Part shown: in pieces, positions 41,664 to 44,083 of the stretch
How positions within the stretch are numbered: position 1 is the stretch's first letter
Layout of the letters: each line of letters starts with the position of its first letter
Source of the DNA: an uncultured Gammaproteobacteria bacterium
GTDB lineage: Bacteria > Patescibacteriota > Microgenomatia > PFEM01 > JAHIFH01
Direction of reading: 5' to 3'
NCBI GenBank assembly: GCA_964653685.1
Contig: CAZZHA010000002.1
Coordinates: forward strand, 1-44,083
Length of the DNA stretch: 44,083 bases
Notes under the pieces: model-generated
The model's database searches: none
Seen by the model: only the letters and a program-made list of their open reading frames with translations
Told to the model about the DNA's origin: nothing
Made by a program: the position numbers and the translations under genes

Positions 41664-42365
41664 ATGTCTCATCCAGAAAATTTAACCTTAAAAGAAAGCC
41701 AAGAAATTCCCGGAATTTTAAGAATCGGGGTTGATTTGGATGCCAATGTCAATGACATCGATACTTGGGTTTGTCGTTTGGTCAAAAGGGGTCTTGGCGT
41801 TGACGTCAGATCAATTCTTGAACAAAGGCCAGTCAATTTTTGGCTGGATGATTGGCCAGAGATAAAAGCCATTCCCAACGGACCAGCGTTTATAAAGGAG
41901 TTATTTAGAAAATCTTTTATTTATGATAATGCAATTCCCATTGAAGGAGCAATTGAGAAGTTAAATCAATGGAGGGAACAAGGACATCAAATTTGGTTTA
42001 TTACCGCTCGATCAGAAGAAACCCTTGGTCAAGAGACCTTAAATTGGTTTGAAAGAAACAGCTTGGCTTGGGGTCAGGAAAGAATTTTTTTCTCGGATGG
42101 CGACCGGGTTGAATTTAAGACTCGACAGTCCCAAAACCTCGATCTCCATCTTTTAATTGAGGATCATGCGCCGACGACAAGAGAGGCTGGTTCGCTCTCT
42201 ATGATGGCCAAATTAGTCTTAAAATATCCTTGGAATATGGCGGAAGAAATTGGTTTCCAAGCAATCTACTTGAACAATTGGCAAGAGATGGATGAAATGG
42301 TTCAAACTGCCAGTCGTTGGCATTATTTTCTTTTTTCCCAAAATGTTAATGTCGCACAATATTGA
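41664..42365 (+). CDS. HAD-type 5'(3')-deoxyribonucleotidase-like protein (NT5C-like)
   Basis: RIGVDLDANVNDI (DxD nucleophile motif), WFITARS, and LLIEDH resemble the NT5C/YorS-type nucleotidase layout. Confidence 0.55.
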   Translation: MSHPENLTLKESQEIPGILRIGVDLDANVNDIDTWVCRLVKRGLGVDVRSILEQRPVNFWLDDWPEIKAIPNGPAFIKELFRKSFIYDNAIPIEGAIEKLNQWREQGHQIWFITARSEETLGQETLNWFERNSLAWGQERIFFSDGDRVEFKTRQSQNLDLHLLIEDHAPTTREAGSLSMMAKLVLKYPWNMAEEIGFQAIYLNNWQEMDEMVQTASRWHYFLFSQNVNVAQY

Positions 42366-42397
42366 CAAGTCTTTTCGTTTAGTGTAATTTATTATTA

Positions 42398-43357
42398 ATG
42401 ACTGATCAAGCAAAAGAAAAATCTTCTCGAACCGAGCTTGATCGTTTAATTGAAGACTTTTTAGAACACTTGGAGATTGAACGTCAGTCCTCTCCCCTAA
42501 CGATCCGTAATTATCGTCATTATCTAGGACGTTTTTCTAACTGGTTAAAGCGCAATAGTTTCAAGGCTAAACCAAGTTCCATTGACCTTGAAAAAATTAA
42601 AAAATATAGGGTATATTTAGCCCGATTTAGCGCTCCCAATGGTCAACTCCTCTCACGTAGCACTCAAGCCTATCATGTGATAGCTTTGCGGTCTTTTTTA
42701 AGATGGCTGGTCAAGAATGACCACCAAACCCTAGCGCCAGAGAAAGTTGATCTACCCAAGAGTGAGTCGAGGTCATTAAAGTTTCTTTCTACCGAGCAAG
42801 TTGAACGTTTTTTGGCCCAACCGTTACCTTCAAAGAAGACTGGCTTACGGGACAAGGCCATTTTGGAGACTTTGTTCTCGACCGGTCTGCGAGTCAGTGA
42901 ATTAGTTAGGTTAAGTCGGGACCAGATTGACTTAAAACGCAGAGAATTTGGGGTGATTGGCAAAGGTGGTCGGGCCAGAGTGGTTTTTTTGTCTGAAAGA
43001 GCAGTTAAGTGGTTAAAAAAGTATCTTGATAATCGAGAAGATAATTGGAAGCCTCTTTTTATTAGACTTGGAGGTAGTCAAAAGGTTGAAGAGACTGGTG
43101 AGAAGATGAGATTAACAGCCCGTTCTGTTCAAAGAATCGTTGATAAATATTCTCGAAAAGCGAAATTACCGGTGAAGGTCACGCCTCATGTCATTCGCCA
43201 TTCGTTTGCCACTGATTTATTAATTGCTGGAGCCGATATTAGGGCGGTTCAGGAAATGCTAGGCCATAAAAACATTCAGACCACCCAAATCTATACTCAT
43301 GTTACCAATCGTCAACTTCGGAATGTTCACGAGATGTTTCATGGTAAGGGGAGGTAA
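42398..43357 (+). CDS. tyrosine recombinase, XerC/XerD-like
   Basis: N-terminal SAM-like domain (LIEDFLEHLEIERQSSPLTIRNYRHYL). Catalytic residues are in GLRVSEL (R), HVIRHSFAT (HxxR) and LGHKNIQTTQIYTHV (H...Y). Confidence 0.85.
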   Translation: MTDQAKEKSSRTELDRLIEDFLEHLEIERQSSPLTIRNYRHYLGRFSNWLKRNSFKAKPSSIDLEKIKKYRVYLARFSAPNGQLLSRSTQAYHVIALRSFLRWLVKNDHQTLAPEKVDLPKSESRSLKFLSTEQVERFLAQPLPSKKTGLRDKAILETLFSTGLRVSELVRLSRDQIDLKRREFGVIGKGGRARVVFLSERAVKWLKKYLDNREDNWKPLFIRLGGSQKVEETGEKMRLTARSVQRIVDKYSRKAKLPVKVTPHVIRHSFATDLLIAGADIRAVQEMLGHKNIQTTQIYTHVTNRQLRNVHEMFHGKGR

Positions 43358-44060
43358 TTATTTCATCAAGGCTAATAATTCCTCGTTGAAGAGCTTCGAT
43401 TACGACTCTCGTTCTGGTTATTCCTTTTATTCTCGTCTGACCAATACCCAGTCTTTGACAAATACCTGGAGGAAAACTTTGATATAGATGTGCTTTAACT
43501 GTGTTAAAACTAATATTTAATTCATCAGCTATTTCCTGAATAATTTTTCCTTGAGCATAAAGAATTAAAACTTCTAATTGACGTTCTGTGAGGAGAGGTT
43601 TTTGTGTTTTAATTAAGGAAATGTTTTCTATTAATTCTTCAGGCGATTTAAGTCTTTCTACTTTTGGATCAAAAAAACTTACCGAGCGGTTTTCACCAGG
43701 ACCAACAATAAAAATTCTTTTAACTTTCCTGGAGCCTAATGCCATACCTAATTCTGAAAAACGGGTGGTGCCGCCAGATTCACCGGGAAGAAGAACAAAG
43801 ACATCACAATTAGCGGCAGCTTGGTGATCTTCCTTGGCATATTTGGTTGCCAGCTTTTTATTTTCTTCATAGGGTTTAATTGGCAAATGATCCGTCCAAT
43901 CATAAATTATTTGATGACCCATCCCTTCAATTTCCGTCATCATCACCCTTATTTGGTCTCTTTGATCAAAAGGACCAGCAATGTATAATTTTAGAGGATG
44001 AGGCGTTGATTCTGATTCTTTGCCAATCCCCAATTCTTCTGATGCAAATTCTCTTGCCAT
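43302..44060 (-). CDS. fusion protein: nucleoside 2-deoxyribosyltransferase-like domain plus an atypical LuxR/GerE-type HTH
   Basis: The N-terminus has LKLYIAGPF...CDVFVLLPGESGGTTRFSELGMALG (NDT-like pattern). The C-terminus has LTERQLEVLILYAQGKIIQEIADELNISFNTVKAHL, followed by insertions relative to the canonical HTH. The 3' end overlaps the xer gene by 56 nt. Confidence 0.6.
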   Translation of the reverse strand: MAREFASEELGIGKESESTPHPLKLYIAGPFDQRDQIRVMMTEIEGMGHQIIYDWTDHLPIKPYEENKKLATKYAKEDHQAAANCDVFVLLPGESGGTTRFSELGMALGSRKVKRIFIVGPGENRSVSFFDPKVERLKSPEELIENISLIKTQKPLLTERQLEVLILYAQGKIIQEIADELNISFNTVKAHLYQSFPPGICQRLGIGQTRIKGITRTRVVIEALQRGIISLDEIITSPYHETSREHSEVDDW

Positions 44061-44083
44061 AAAAAACTGCCTTTTGGGCAGTT
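44061..44083 (-). terminator. hairpin plus T-run at the window edge (terminator of an upstream minus-strand gene)
   Basis: On the minus strand: AACTGCC-CAAAA-GGCAGTT-TTTT, running directly into the ATG at 44060. Nearly identical to the terminator at 2471-2492. Confidence 0.4.

Noticed and set aside
3296-43827. Short ORFs nested antisense or out of frame within confident genes. Examples: 3296-3535, 3964-4269, 6577-6759, 10058-10297, 12013-12237, 14924-15128, 15680-15937, 16910-17158, 17835-18352, 19027-19263, 19945-20148, 21515-21757, 22568-22770, 23255-23572, 24294-24476, 24893-25081, 26852-27178, 27501-27707, 28883-29089, 30117-30402, 31845-32269, 36555-36740, 37107-37295, 38656-39040, 40336-40554, 41669-41878, 42219-42413, 42673-42963, 43299-43487, 43588-43827, 43880-44062.
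   Set aside because: All lie inside longer ORFs with clear homology or better start signals. They have low-complexity or odd compositions and no start context.
1-44083. Alternative genetic code (UGA recoding as in Gracilibacteria/Absconditabacteria).
   Set aside because: Many conserved genes (rpsB, HIT, yqeY, dnaX, cysS, proS, yebC and others) terminate at TGA at their expected lengths, so TGA is a stop here.
1-44083. CRISPR arrays, transposases/IS ends, reverse transcriptases (retron or DGR), and known defence genes.
   Set aside because: No regularly spaced 25-40 nt direct repeats and no ORF with the corresponding motifs were seen on either strand.

Overview
This is an AT-rich, very gene-dense chromosomal segment with about 45 credible CDS and 2 tRNAs. 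It reads with the standard genetic code, since many conserved genes end at TGA at their expected length. The content suggests a Candidate Phyla Radiation / Patescibacteria-like bacterium; this is an inference from short domain-reduced housekeeping proteins, an archaeal-type ProRS, and many unknown secreted or membrane-anchored proteins. Most genes are translation or replication housekeeping. They include tmk (partial), split formimidoyltransferase and cyclodeaminase genes, rpsB-tsf-frr-rseP, proS, a DHH phosphoesterase, HIT, rpsU, yqeY, a degenerate ybeY, dnaX-ybaB, recR, cysS, purB, ychF and rpsF-ssb-rpsR. Also present are S41 and HtrA proteases, a truncated prfA, rpmE, hisS, tRNA-His, dnaB, tRNA-Leu, efp, lgt, a DksA-like protein, an RluA-family synthase, Kef, an LCP-like protein, yebC and a Xer-like recombinase. 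No CRISPR array, transposase, reverse transcriptase or recognisable defence gene was seen. The most interesting signals fall into five groups. (1) A complete leader-peptide attenuator (three consecutive His codons, with mutually exclusive 1:2, 2:3 and 3:4 pairings) lies directly upstream of tRNA-His and hisS. (2) An ORF-free stretch of about 950 nt (40716-41663) carries phased GAT(A/T)(A/T) repeats, one perfect DnaA box, AT-rich tandem repeats and a four-site TAATCA array. It is followed by a nucleotidase / recombinase / NDT-LuxR module. (3) Extended -10 promoters recur 7-9 nt upstream of operon-first start codons, implying leaderless mRNAs, and tRNA-Leu abuts efp. (4) RF1 lacks domain 1 and YbeY lacks its His triad. 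(5) A four-gene cluster encodes unknown envelope proteins. All calls rest on reading the sequence and on motif recognition; no database search was possible.
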